A stretch of DNA of 64,000 bases from Mobula hypostoma (lineage: Eukaryota): NCBI RefSeq assembly GCF_963921235.1, contig NC_086109.1:16432001-16496000 (forward strand). Reading direction: 5' to 3'. The translations under genes were made by a program, and so were the position numbers. Below, piece by piece: positions 36,440 to 48,754 of the stretch. Position 1 is the first letter of the stretch. Each line of letters begins with the position of its first letter. The notes below the pieces were generated by a model, which did no database searches, had not been told where the DNA came from, and saw nothing but the letters and a program-made list of their open reading frames with translations.

Positions 36440-38130
36440 GGAAAAAGGAGGGGATTTAAACATGAAGCCAGAAGAGGTAGCTGAAGTCCTTAATGGGTAC
36501 TTGGGAACAGTGTCCTAAGGAAGAAAGGAAGGCTTCGATAATGGTGAGATTAGGGTGAGGGATGTGGATATTATGAGATATGTCGATATTAAGAAGGGGG
36601 AGGTGTTGGGTGTTTTTGAAAGACATTGATGGTGAACAAGCCCCCAAGACCAGATGGGATTTAGAGCAATAATCTGCTGGAGGATCTCAGCAGCTCAAGA
36701 AGCAGCAGTGGGGATGGGTGTGCAGAAGGAATTATTGATGTTTTGGGTCAAAACCCTGCCTGATGCTGAGGGAAGCAATGGAGGAGATTGCTGGCAAACT
36801 GTCAGAGATTTCTCTATCCTCTTTAACCATGGGCAAAGTGCCAGAAGACTGGAGAAGAGCCAATATCATTCCTCTGCTTAAGAAAGGTGACAGGGACAAA
36901 CCAGGAAATTATAGACTGGTGAGACTTATTTCAGTGGTAGGAAAATTATTGGAGAATGTCCTTAAGGATGGGACTTGCATGTGTTTAGAAAAGCTTGGCT
37001 ATTTAAATTCCTTAATGTTACCGCATCAGAGAATCTGTCCTGGGACCAGCATGTAAATGCCATTACAAAGGAGGCATGGCAGCACCTCTACTTTCTTAAA
37101 GGTTTGTGTAGATTTGGCATGTCAACTAAAACTGTGACAAACCTCTATAGATGCACAGTGGAAAGTATCCAAACTGGTTGCATCACAGCTTGGCATGGAA
37201 ACTTTGAAGCAAGGACTTATTAGGGGCAGTCAACACGGCTTTGGATCCAAGATTGGTTTGGTCATAGTGGTGGAGATGTGCTTTTCTAACTGAAGGTCAG
37301 GGGAAAGTGCTGCTTTGAAAGGATCCATAATGGGACTTCTGTTATTTATGAATATCAAATGGACAAAAATGTAGGTGATCTGATAAGTAAGTTAGCAAAC
37401 ACATGGAAATTGGTGGAACTGTGGGTAGTGAGGAAGGTTGCCAAAGGACACAGCAGGATATTCGCCTAGATCAGTTGGAAACCTGGCTGAAGAAATAGTA
37501 GATGAAGTTTAATCCAGTCAAATATGAGGTGATGTGTAATCGGAGAGCAAATGCAAGAAGAAAGTATGCAGTAAATGCAAAGAACCTTCAAAGCACTGAC
37601 CTGGAGAGGGGTCTTCTTCAAGTCCAGAGCTCACTGAGAGTGGCAACACAAGTGAATAAGCTGCTTACCTGTATCAGTCAGCGCATTGAATGTATATTGC
37701 AGCTGTGTAAATCCTCAGTTTACATTTGGAATAATCTGTGCCATTCATTATAGGAATGATATGGAGGCTTGGAGAGGGTGCAGAAGAGATCCTCCAGAGT
37801 GTTGACTTGATCGGAGAGTCTTAGCTATAAGGAGAGGTGGGACAAGTTGGATTGTTTTTTTTTCCTGAAGCATCGGGGGATGAGGTGTGACTATAAAATA
37901 TAGAACTACATAAAATTGTGAGACAGATAGAGTAGGTAGTTAGCCTCTTTTCCCTCGGGTGGAAATGTCAAATACTAGGTTTAAGGTGAGATGGGGGCAA
38001 GTTTTTCCACACATTAAATGTTAGGTGCCTGGAAAGCTCTGTCAGGGTTAGAAGATACCCCAGCGATGTTTAACAGACATTTCAATTGACACATGAACAG
38101 GCAGGCGATACAAGAAAACAAATTATCTGG
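36440..38130 (+). mobile_element. Degenerate CR1 ORF2 fragment with nested Penelope and Rex1-like pieces
   Basis: GKVPEDWRRANIIPLLKKGDRDKPGNYRLVRLISVVGKLLE and MKFNPVKYEVM. A Rex1-like segment (HLYFLKGLCRFGMSTKTVTNLYRCTVESI) lies at about 37000-37200. Confidence 0.8.
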
Positions 38131-39288
38131 AGGCAGATGAGACTAGCTGGACATCATGATCAGTTCAGACTTGATGGGATAGCAATGATGTTCCTGTGCA
38201 GCATTCATGTGTATTCTTACATTGGACTGGCATTGCAAAGTTACTACATCAATGCAAAAGTGGGAATAACAAGTGGAATTTCACGCATCACCACATCTAG
38301 CTGAATATTCCAAGCTACACTCTGTCGTGAGAGATAGCCAGAATGAGAATCGGGTCTGAATCAGGTTTATTATCACTGGCAGGTCATGAACTTCATTGTT
38401 TTCTGGCAGGAGGACAGGGCAAAACATAAAAAGTAACTGAGTTACAACGAACAAGTATAATAAACAGTGTAAAAGAGGAGTTGGAGAATGCGAGTTAGTG
38501 TTCACGAGTTCATGGACCATTCAGTAATCTGATGGTGGAGGATAAGAAGCTGATTCTAAAATATCGAGTATGGTTTTCAGGCCCAAGCAGCTCCTCCTAG
38601 ATGGTAGTTAAGAGAAGAGAGCATATCCCAGATGGCCAGGGTCCTTAATGATGGGTGCTGTCTCCTTGAGGCACTGCCTTTTGAAGATGACTTCACTGTT
38701 GAAAAGGCTTTTGTCTCTGATGGAGTTGGAGGAGTACAACGTCCTCACTGACTACCGGAAACTGTGACCCAAAACTGTCCAAAGTGGAGGTGAAATATTC
38801 AGGATGGTGTGAAGAATGCAAAGGCCATGCTTTGGGAACACACTCAGCCCCCAAATAAGCAGCAGGTCTGTCTCATTGGGCAGCTCCTGTCCCACTTGTG
38901 TAAAATGCTGTAGTTCCCGCATCACCAACCATAGAAGCCATAAATCCAGAGCAGAAGCATCCTTAGTGTGGGTAGTCAGAAACTTTTTTTTCCCCAGGGC
39001 GGAAATATCCTATATCAGAGGGCATAATTTTAAGGTGATTGAAGGAAAGTATAGGGGGATGTCAGAACTAAGTTTTTCACACAAAGAGTGGTAGGTACAT
39101 AGAATGATTTGCATGGAATGTCAGCAAATGCATGAGGGGTATTTAACAGACTTTTAGATAGCCATATAGATGATAGAAAAATGGAGGGCTATGTAGAAGG
39201 GAAGGGTTAGATTGATCTTCAAGTAGGTTAAAAGGTCAGCACAACATCATGGGCCACTCTTGGGGAACTTATTTATTTTATTTATTAG

Positions 39289-42172
39289 CATTTACTTTAA
39301 TGCTAGGAGCATTATAAGAAAGGTGGAGGAGCTTAAAGCATGGATTGATACCTGGAAGTATGATGTGGTAGCTATTAGTGCAACATGGTTACAAGAGGGG
39401 TGTGATTGGCAACTAAATATTCCTGGATTTAATTGCTTCAGGTATGATAGACTGGGAGGGACAAGAGGGGAAGGTGTTGCATTGCTTGTCAGAGAAAATA
39501 TTACAGCGGTGCTCTGGCAGGATAGATTAGAGGGCTCGTCCAGGGAAGCTATTTGGGTGGAATTGAGGAATGGGAAAGGTGCAGTAACTCTTATGGGGGT
39601 GTATTATGTACCACCAAATAGGGAGCGAGAATTGGAGGAGCAAATTTGTAAGGAGATAGCAGATATTTGTAGTAAGCACAAGGTTGTGATTGTGGGAGAT
39701 TTTAATTTTCCACACATAGACTGGGAAGCCCATACTGTAAAAGGGCTAGATGGTTTGGAGTTTGTAAAATGTGTGCAGGATAGTTTTTTGCAGCAATACA
39801 TAGAGGTACCAACTAGAGAAGGGACAGTGTTGGATCTCCCGTTAGGGAATGAGATAGGTCAGGTGACGGAGGTTTGTGTTGGGGAGCACTTCGGGTCCAG
39901 TGATCACAATGCTATTAGTTTCAATATAATTATGGAGAAGGATAGGTTTGGACCCAGGGTTGAGATTTTTGATTGGAGAAAGGCTAACTTTGAGGAGATG
40001 CGAAAGGATTTAGAAGGAGTGGATCGGGACAGTTTGTTTTATGGGAAGGATGTAACGGAGAAATGGAGGTCATTTAAAGGTGAAACTTTGAGAGTACAGA
40101 ATCTTTATGTTCCTGTTAGGATGAAAGGAAAGGGTAAAAGTTTGAGAGAGCCATGGTTTTCAAGGGATATTGGAAACTTGGTTTGGAAAAAGAGAGACAT
40201 CTACAATAAATATAGGCAGCATGGAGAATATGAGGTACTCAAGGAATATGAAGAATGTAGAAAGTATCTTAAGAAAGAAATTAGAAAAGCTAAAAGAAGA
40301 TATGAGGTTGCTTTGGCAAGTAAGGTGAAAATAAATCCCAAGGGTTTCTACCGTTATATGAATAGCAAAAGGATAGTGAGGGATAAAATTGGTCCCTTAG
40401 AGAATCAGAGTGGACAGCTATGTGTGGAGCCAGAAGAGATGGGGGAGATTTTGAACAATTTCTTTTCTTCGGTATTCACTAAGGAGAAGGATATTGAATT
40501 GTGTAAGGTAAGAGAAACAGGTAGGGAAGTTATGGAAACTATGATGATTAAAGAAGAGGAAGTACTTGAGCTTTTAAGGAATATAAAAGTGGATAAGTCT
40601 CTGGGTCCTGACAGGATATTCCCTAGGACCTTGAGGGAAGTTAGTGTGGAAATAGCAGGGGCTCTGACAGAAGTATTTCAAAATGTCATTAGAAACGGGG
40701 ATGGTGCCGGAGGATGGCGTATTGCTCATGTTGTTCCATTGTTTAAGAAGAGTTCTAAGAGTAAACCTAGCAATTATCAGCCTGTGAGTTTGACGTCAGT
40801 GGTGGGTAAATTGATGGAAAGTATTCTTAGGGATGGTATATATAATTATCTGGATAGACAGGGTCTGATTAGGAACAGTCAACATGGATTTGTGCGTGGA
40901 AGGTCATGTTTGACAAATCTTATTGAATTCTTTGAAGAGGTACTAGGAAAGTTGACGAGGGTAAAGCGGTGGATATTGTCTATATGGACTTCAGTAAAGT
41001 CTTTGACAAGGTCCCACACAGAAGGCTGGTTATGAAAGTTCAATCGTTAGGTATTAATTGAAGTAGTAAAATGGATTCAGCAGTGGCTGGATGGGAGATG
41101 CCAGAGAGTGGTGGTGGATAACTGTTTGTCAGATTGGAGGTCGGTGACTAGTGGTGTGCCTCAGGGATCTGTACTGGGTCCAATGTTATTTGTCATATAC
41201 ATTAATGATCTGGATGATGGGGTGGTAAATTGGATGAGTAAGTATGCAGATGATACTAAGAAAGGTGGAGTTGTGAATAATGAAGTAGGTTTTCAAAGCT
41301 TGCAGAGAGGCTTAGGCCAGTTAGAAGAATGGGCTGAAAGATGGCAGATGGAGTTTAATGCTGATAAATGTGAGGTGTTACATTTTGGTAGGACTAATCA
41401 AAATAGGACATACATGGTAAATGGTAGGGCATTGAAGAATGCAGTAGAACAGAGGAATCTAGGAATAATGGTGCATAGTTCCCTGAAGGTGGAATCTCAT
41501 GTGGATAGGGTGGTGAAGAAAGCTTTTGGTATGCTTACCTTTATAAATCAGAGCATTGAGTATAGGAATTGGGATGTAATGTTGGAATTGTACAAGGCAT
41601 TGGTGAGGCCAAATTTGGAGTATTGTGTATAGTTTTGGTCACTGAATTATAGGAAAGATGTCAACAAAATAAAGAGAGTACAGAGAAGATTTACTAGAAT
41701 GTTACCTGGGTTTCATCACCTAAGTTACAGAGAAAGGTTGAACAAGCTGCGTTTTTATTCTTTGGAAAGTAGAAGGTTGAAGGGGGACTTGATAGAGGTA
41801 TTTAAAATTATGAGGAGGATAGATAGAGTTGACGTGGATAGGCTTTTTCCATTGAGAGTGGGGGAGATTCAAACAAGAGGACATGAGTTGAGAGTTAAAG
41901 GGCAAAAGTTTAGGGGTAACATGAGGGGGAACTTCTTTACTCAGAGAGTGGTAACTGTGTGGAACGAGCTTCCAGCAGAAGTGGTTGAGGCAGGTTCGAT
42001 GTTGTTGTTTAAAGTTAAATTGGATAGATATATGGACAGGAAAGGAATGGAGGGTTATGGAGTGAGTGCAAGTCTGTGGGGCTAGGTGAGAGTAAGAGTT
42101 CGGCATCGACTAGAAGGGCGAAGATGGCCTGTTTCCGTGCTGTAATAGTTATATGGTTATATTATATGGTTA
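39289..42172 (+). mobile_element. CR1-clade LINE, nearly complete ORF2 (APE plus RT), 5'-truncated and disrupted
   Basis: YFNARSI, VGDFNFP, SSDH, QHGF..GRSC.TNL, SGVPQGSVLGP and YADD. Frameshifts at about 40680-41060 and a stop at 41630. (TTATATGG)n-like tail. Confidence 0.96.
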
Positions 42173-43689
42173 ACTGCCGCAGAAGAAGTCAGATGGCAAC
42201 AGCAGACCCATCGTGACACAAGGTCAGCACACCATAAATGCAGGTGAGACAGTGATAGCTATTCTGACTCATGTAACGATTTAAACCCATAAAGGAGTTA
42301 GTCATTCTTTGTGCTGCTGAATGGTTGCATCTGTCAGAAGAAAGGATGAAAATCGAAACCCAGAACAGCTAATCAGAGCAGTGTAAGCAATGCAGCTCCT
42401 ATATTATGCTTGAATCTGGAGAAAATTAGAAGCAATCTGTATGACTCCTCATTTAAATTTGAACAGACTTGGAGATCTTTTATTCAATATTTTCATTTAA
42501 TGTAATATATACCCTTCTTGTTTTTTTTACTGTTTTTAATGGAGGTCGGGATTGAGGACGTGATTTTAAGTTTAACTCTGTTTGGTTTCAAGTTAGCCCA
42601 TTGCTTTGCTTTGCTTTTAGTTAGTTGCACGGTGGTTTTTTTTTGGGGGGGGGTTTCCTTTTCTCTATTGATATATATATAAAATTAGTATATTATTATG
42701 TTACCGTGGTATGTTATGTTTAAATTACATTGTAGTATTTTTTTTTATTAATATCTTCTGTAATTTTATTATATTCTAACAGTGTATTAGTGTCTATATG
42801 GCTTACCTTTTTGTATACTTATTTAATAAAAAGATTTAAAAAGAAAAGAAAGCTCCTGCAGAGTGCGAGCTGCCTAACACTAAAACCGACACAGATAAAA
42901 CAAAATAGATTTTTATATCATCCACGTTACATGTAAAGTATATACAGTTGGAAATAGGAAGGGTTTAAGATAAAAGTATGAATAACTATAGAAAGGAATA
43001 TTGGTATTGCAGTTGATATTTTGTTTTCATGGGTGGAGACACCTACTGCAGGAAGTTAAGCACCTACCTTTAATAGAAGGTACAGTTAGTTCTGAATCAA
43101 GCTGTGATATGGTCATAGTCATAGTGTTACATAGCACAGAAATAAGCCCCTTGGCCCACCCTGTCTTTAGTAATTTCTTTACACTGAGAGTACTGGATGC
43201 GTGGAATGCCCTGCCAGGGTTATTAGTAAGGGCAGATATAAAGGGACGTTTAAGAAACTCTTAGACATAGAGGTGACAGAAAAATGGAGGGTTATATAGA
43301 AGAGAATAGTTGGATTGATTTTAGAGTTCATTAAAAGGTCAGCATAATATTGTGGGCCGAAAGGCATATACTGTACTGTAATGTATGTCTATGTTGTCCT
43401 CCTTCCCATCTGTACTAATTCCATTCAGCCACATCATTTTTTTGCTTCACCCTGCCACACCTTCTTCGTATTGTCCAATCCACTATCAGTCACCTCGCTG
43501 ACCCTGCTTCGCCAAGCAGTCGATTACTGTCGTGCATTCCTGGGTTAGTTACCCTTTCACTCTCCCCATAACTGCCTCTGCTTTATCCTACACAGTCCGC
43601 TAGGCTATCACCCGTTTGGGTCCACTGGCACTCCTCCCTACCATCTTACCTTTGAGTCCTCTTGAGCTGCACTGTTCCTTTCAGGTCTG

Positions 43690-44200
43690 CATGAAACATT
43701 GGATAGGATCCAGAGGAGTTGTACAGGGATGATCCTGGGAATGAAAGGGTTAACGTTTGAGGAGCATTTGATGGCTCTGGGCCTGTACGTTCTGGAGTTT
43801 AGAAGAATGAAGAGGGATCCCACTGAAACCTATTGAGTATTGAAAGGCTTAGACAGAGTGGATGTTGAGAAGATGTTTCCTGTAGTGAGGGAGTCTAGGA
43901 CTGGAGGACACAGCCTCAAAATAGAAGGAAATCCCTTCAGAACAGAGGTGAGGCAGAATTTCTGTAGCCATTTGGTGAATCTGTCGAGTTCATGGCCTCA
44001 GATGGATGTGGAGGTCAAGTCATTGGGTATATTTAAAGTGGAAATTGATAGGTTCGTAATTCATTAGGGTGTCAAAGACTACAGTGAGAAAGCAGGAGAA
44101 TGGGATTGAGATGGATGATAAATCAGCCATGATCGAATGGCAGAGTAGACTCGATGGACTGTATCATCTAATTCTGCTTCTATGTCATCTGGTCTTATTC
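43690..44200 (+). mobile_element. CR1 LINE 3' fragment
   Basis: KGLDRVDVEKMFPVVRESRTGGHSLKIEG and a CR1 3'UTR. Confidence 0.85.
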
Positions 44201-44351
44201 CTTGCCAATTCACCTTTGGGCTCACATGTGCTCTACCCTGCCTTCTCCCATTCACATCCGCATGTGCTGTTCCTCTCCCTTAGATTCGCTTGACCTCCAC
44301 GCTGCTGGATCTGCACCCGGTCTGCCAGATCCACTTCATTCTACAGCTTCC

Positions 44352-44498
44352 GTGCTTCTCCTGGCTGCCAGCTACCCCCGTGCTTCTCCTGGCTGCCAGC
44401 TACCCCCGTGCTTCTCCTGGCTGCCTGCTACCCCCCTGCTTCTCCTGGCTGCCAGCTACCCCCGTGCTTCTCCTGGCTGCCTGCTACCCCCCCGTGCT
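44352..44498. repeat. 28-bp minisatellite, about 5 copies
   Basis: Unit GTGCTTCTCCTGGCTGCC(A/T)GCTACCCCC. Confidence 0.95.
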
Positions 44499-44867
44499 GT
44501 GCATGGGTCACTCATGCTTGGCTCTGCCTTGTCAGCCTGTTCGTGCTTCCCCTTACCCTGTTTACTGGTTTTCACTCTGCACCTCCTCATGTGCCCTGTC
44601 CAGTTCCAATCATTTGCTCTCTCTGCTTCCACCTTGCAGCCAACACTGCTGTGCATCCCTTGGTTATTTCCCCTTCGCTTTGCACTGGTACTCTTTCACC
44701 CTGCATGGCCCTTTAAGTCATCACCTTTCCACCCTGCATCCAGTTTGATAGATCCACCCCGCTGCCTCTGGCAAGTCCTGGAGTTTAGACCCAAAGGTCA
44801 AACCTATGATCAGTGAGGTTTGGTTATTAACAGGAATGACACATTTCACTGTGTGTTTCAATGAATA

Positions 44868-45500
44868 TTAGATTATGAGGACACACAGTCTTCTTTTATT
44901 GTCATTTAGTAATGCATGCATTAAGAAATTATACTATGTTTCTCCAGAATTATATCACAGAAACACATGACAAACCGACTAAAAAACTGACAAAAACCAC
45001 ATAATTATAACATATAGTTACAACAGTGCAAAGCAATACCATAATTTGATAAGAACAGACCATGGACACGGTAAAAGTCTTCTCGAAAGTCCCATCATCT
45101 CACTCAGACGGTGAACTTCCAGCGCCGCAAACTTGCCGATGCAGCATCCTGGAAGCATCTGACCACAGTCCGACTCCGAGTCCGTCCGAAAACTCCGAGC
45201 CTCCGACCAGCTCTCCAACACCGAGCGTCGAGCACCATCTCTGCCGAGCGCTTCGACCCTGGCCCCGGCAACAGGCAATAGGCAAAGCTGAGGATTTTGG
45301 GCCTTCCCCTCCGGAGATTCTCGATCGCACAGTAGCAGCGGCAGCAAAGCGGGCATTTCAGAAGTTTCTCCAGGTGTTCCTCCGTGCTTCTCACGTCCGT
45401 CTCCATCAAATCAGGATTGTGCACGGCCCCCTAGTTAACACAAACGATATCATTCGGAGCGGCCGTGCACGCTGTGTTGCGCCGCCATCTTCTCCTCCCT
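44868..45500 (-). mobile_element. About 630-bp non-autonomous LINE-like element, copy 1
   Basis: Minus strand 5' end GGAGGAGAAGATGGCGGCG and 3' end AATAAAA...cataatctaa. Homologous to 56630-57302. Confidence 0.8.
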
Positions 45501-47833
45501 CCTATATATACGTGCTCTCTTCCCATTACTACCATCAGGGAGGACGTACAGCAGCTTGAAGACACGCTCAACTTTTTCGGAACAGCTTCTTCCCCCTGCC
45601 TTAACACACGTACTATTTTTGTGCTATTTATGTAATTTTTTTAAATATACCATCTATTTCTTAATGTAGTTTATAGTTTGTTTTGTAAGTATTGCACGGT
45701 ACTGTTGCTGTAAAACAAGAAATTTCACGGCATATGTCAGTGGTATTAAACCTGATACTGATTCTGACTGGCATGGCTGTCGAGGTGATGCCTCTTACCG
45801 TTCAGCTTGGTGACCTCAGGACACCTGCTTGCTGTTGCCATCTGTCCAACCTTTGCATTGAGGGTGAGGGGGTCAGGAGCTGGGCAAGTGATTAAAGTGG
45901 AGGCAGGTTCCTGCGAGTGAGGGAGGGGAAGTCAGCAAGGAAACAGGAGTCGGGATGTGACATTTTTCATGCAGTAGGTCATGAGGGTCGAGGGTCAGAA
46001 GGCGATCTAATACCGAATTAATGAACACCTGGCTGTTGGGTTGACGGAGGAGGGCTTTGCAGGCAGCATCAATCATGGAGCAGGTGGAAGGCATACAAAC
46101 CACGAAAGTGAACATTTGATGCTCTGAGGCCGTGTGGGGTTTGATCCATACGGTAGCGTCAGTACGCAGCTGCGCTTTGAACAGTAGATTAGTATCGGCC
46201 CCACTGACTTGTCTTTGTGGATTCCTCTGGTAAAAGAGTTCTGTCCAGTAACTGCATTCAGTCAGGTCGAGTTCATTGTCGTGTGCACAAGGTGCGGGTA
46301 CAATACAAAACTTGCTTGCAGCAACATCATGGGGACATAGATTCGGACAACGCACAGAACATAAATTACACCAGAAAATGAAGGAACAGAGAAAAAAAGA
46401 CAGCAAAGATCAAGGAGGAGCTTTATTCACCATACACATTTACAGATGTCAGGAATTTGCTGTTGTGTGTTAGTCAGGGCACAACATAGATCAAAAAAAA
46501 ATATTCAGTAATTATAAAAAGTAAAAAATAAAGTTAGAGGTTTAAGGACGAATATGGAATAAAATGTGTATTAATACATAAATACCAACATGTATTTACA
46601 ATGTAAACACCATTATAAAAAGTGGCTTAAAGTGTCTACTGGTAAACAAGACATTAGCGTACAGCAGAAGACTCAGTAAGAGACAAGTGCATTCTTTTCA
46701 GTCTCTATATTCTAATTTGTTTTCTGGATCTGACCACCACAGGTCTCAGCTCCCCAGGTGAGTGGGTGGCCTGATTACCAGCCTGCTTGTTTATTTTTTT
46801 ATTTCGAGACACAGGGCGGAACGGGCCATTCTGGTCCAACGAGCCACACTGTCTGGCAACCCGCCTAGTTAACCCTATCCTAATCACAGGACAGTCTACA
46901 ATGACCATCTAACCTCCTACCCGGTACGTCTTTGGACTGTAGGGAAACCAGAGCACCCGGAGAAAACCCACATATTCGCAGGGAGGACATCGAAACTCCT
47001 TACAAAGGATGCCGCGGTTGAACTCCAAATTGCAACACCCTGAGCTGTAATAGTGGCGTGCTAACCGCTATGCTCCCATGTTTGCAATGCGATCCATATC
47101 TCCATTTCCCCCGCCCACCTAATCCCCTCACCCTTCCCCTAGGTTGGCTTTGCCTTCAGAGACTGGACTTTGCATTTTCTCTCAGCCTCTGCACTGTTTT
47201 ATGACATTCTTTGATGCCCAGCTCTGTGAGCACAATGTTCAGCTCTTTTCCTTATGTTTCCTTCACACAAAAACAAATTTTATCTAATTGTACGTCCTGG
47301 AAGCTTCACGTATATTGGACGTGTGCTTTTGGTACACATTGCTTGTCAGTCTTTGCTTGTGGGTAGTTTTCATTGATTCAGTTGTATTTCTGTTCTCTAT
47401 TATGACTGCCTGCGAGAAAATGAACCTCAGGGTTGTATTTAGTGGCATATGCATACTTTGATCATAAATTTACTTTGAACTTTTTATACTTTGAGACTAG
47501 AATGAGAGGATAGACAGTAGGTCTAAGGCGAAAGGTGAAATGTTTAAGGGGAATCTGAGGGGAACTTCTTCACGTTGGGGGTGATGCGCCGAGGGTGGAA
47601 CGAGATGCAAGTGGGAGTGGTAAGTGCAGGTTCAATTGTAGCATTGAAGAGAGGTTTGGATGAGAGTGGTATTGAGGCTATGATGTAGGTGTGGGTTGAT
47701 AAGACTAGGCAGAATAATGGGTTGGCATGGACCAAATGGGGAGAGGGGACTGTATCTGTGCTCTAATACTTCATGACCCTATGTTATTTACATAAACGAC
47801 ATAATGCATTTAATGACTGTTCTTTGCTAACAG

Positions 47834-47991
47834 GTGTCATCCAGAGCACCCAGCCCAGAGGACAACTTTGCTCTTGGGGAGCACTTAACTGGCAGAAATG
47901 CTACCAAGGGAAGGGATCCTACTGCACTTCGGATTGCTGCTCATCTTGACTCTAAGCCACGAGGTTACATCCATTGAAGTCCCTCTCGATT
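47834..47991 (+). CDS. NFASC: Neurofascin start-codon exon (5'UTR 47834-47897; CDS 47898-47991: MLPREGILLHFGLLLILTLSHEVTSIEVPLD, signal peptide and mature N-terminus)
   Basis: Acceptor ...tttgctaacag| and donor |gtaagt. ATG at 47898 is followed by a hydrophobic signal peptide and IEVPLD, matching the IEIPMD/LEVPLD N-terminus of neurofascin/NrCAM. Ends in phase 1. Confidence 0.92.
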
Positions 47992-48736
47992 GTAAGTGTT
48001 GTAAGTCAGTAAAAGTGATGCTGCAGAGGTGATAGGCAGGATAGGGCTGCTGCTTGGTGAAAATATTAAAGTCCAGTTCCTCTCTCAAGTTAACAAGGCT
48101 TTTGTTAATAAATGGGATCCATTAACACGCATTTATATTAATTATGAAGGTGTGTTCATGAATGGCTAACTTACTAGAAGTATGATTTCATCATAATCTG
48201 TTTTATTTATGCATAATATGTATTAATAATCAGTAAATTAATTGACATTTTTAACAATGACTTATGAAGTAACAAAAAAGGAAACTGGAGATATTCAGCA
48301 GGTCAGGCAGCATCTGTGGAGAGAGAAAGAAAGTTAATGTTCTTGGTCAGAACTAACAAACAGTCTTCAAATTGAAACATTAATTCTGTTTCTCATTCTA
48401 CATGTTCTGTCCGACCTGCTGAGCATGTCCGTCCTTTTTGTGTTTAATTTGTTTCCGATACCTAGAATCTACTGTTGCTTACTTTTTGATCAGTGTATAA
48501 GTTTGACCAATGTATTGGTAAGGATTTGTTAACAAGTAGTATTTATTAATAAGCTATTATTAATATAAAAGGTATATTAAGGAGTATACATCAATAAATA
48601 TTCACTAATAATTTGTATGTTATTAACTGCACATTAATACTTTCATTTACAAGATGTTGATAGTTTTTGTTGCTTTTACTAACCTGTTTTGTTTCCTCAT
48701 CTATGTTCCTTCAATTTGCCTTCAATGGAACAAAAG

Positions 48737-48754
48737 CAAACCTTCAGAATCAGT
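48737..48754 (+). CDS. NFASC: Neurofascin 18-nt N-terminal microexon (adds SNLQNQ)
   Basis: aaag|CAAACCTTCAGAATCAGT|gtaagt, phase 1-1 and frame-preserving. Perfect TACTAAC branch point at 48677-48683. The peptide resembles the PSIQNE mini-exon of mammalian NFASC. Confidence 0.85.

Noticed and set aside
39260..41035. 591-aa ORF as an intact or domesticated gene
   Set aside because: It is CR1 ORF2 with a non-ATG start call, a locally frameshifted segment near 40680-40715 and further frameshifts and stops downstream.
44202..44816. 204-aa and 152-aa ORFs as host genes
   Set aside because: They derive from a 28-bp minisatellite and pyrimidine-rich DNA, with no recognisable domain or splice structure.
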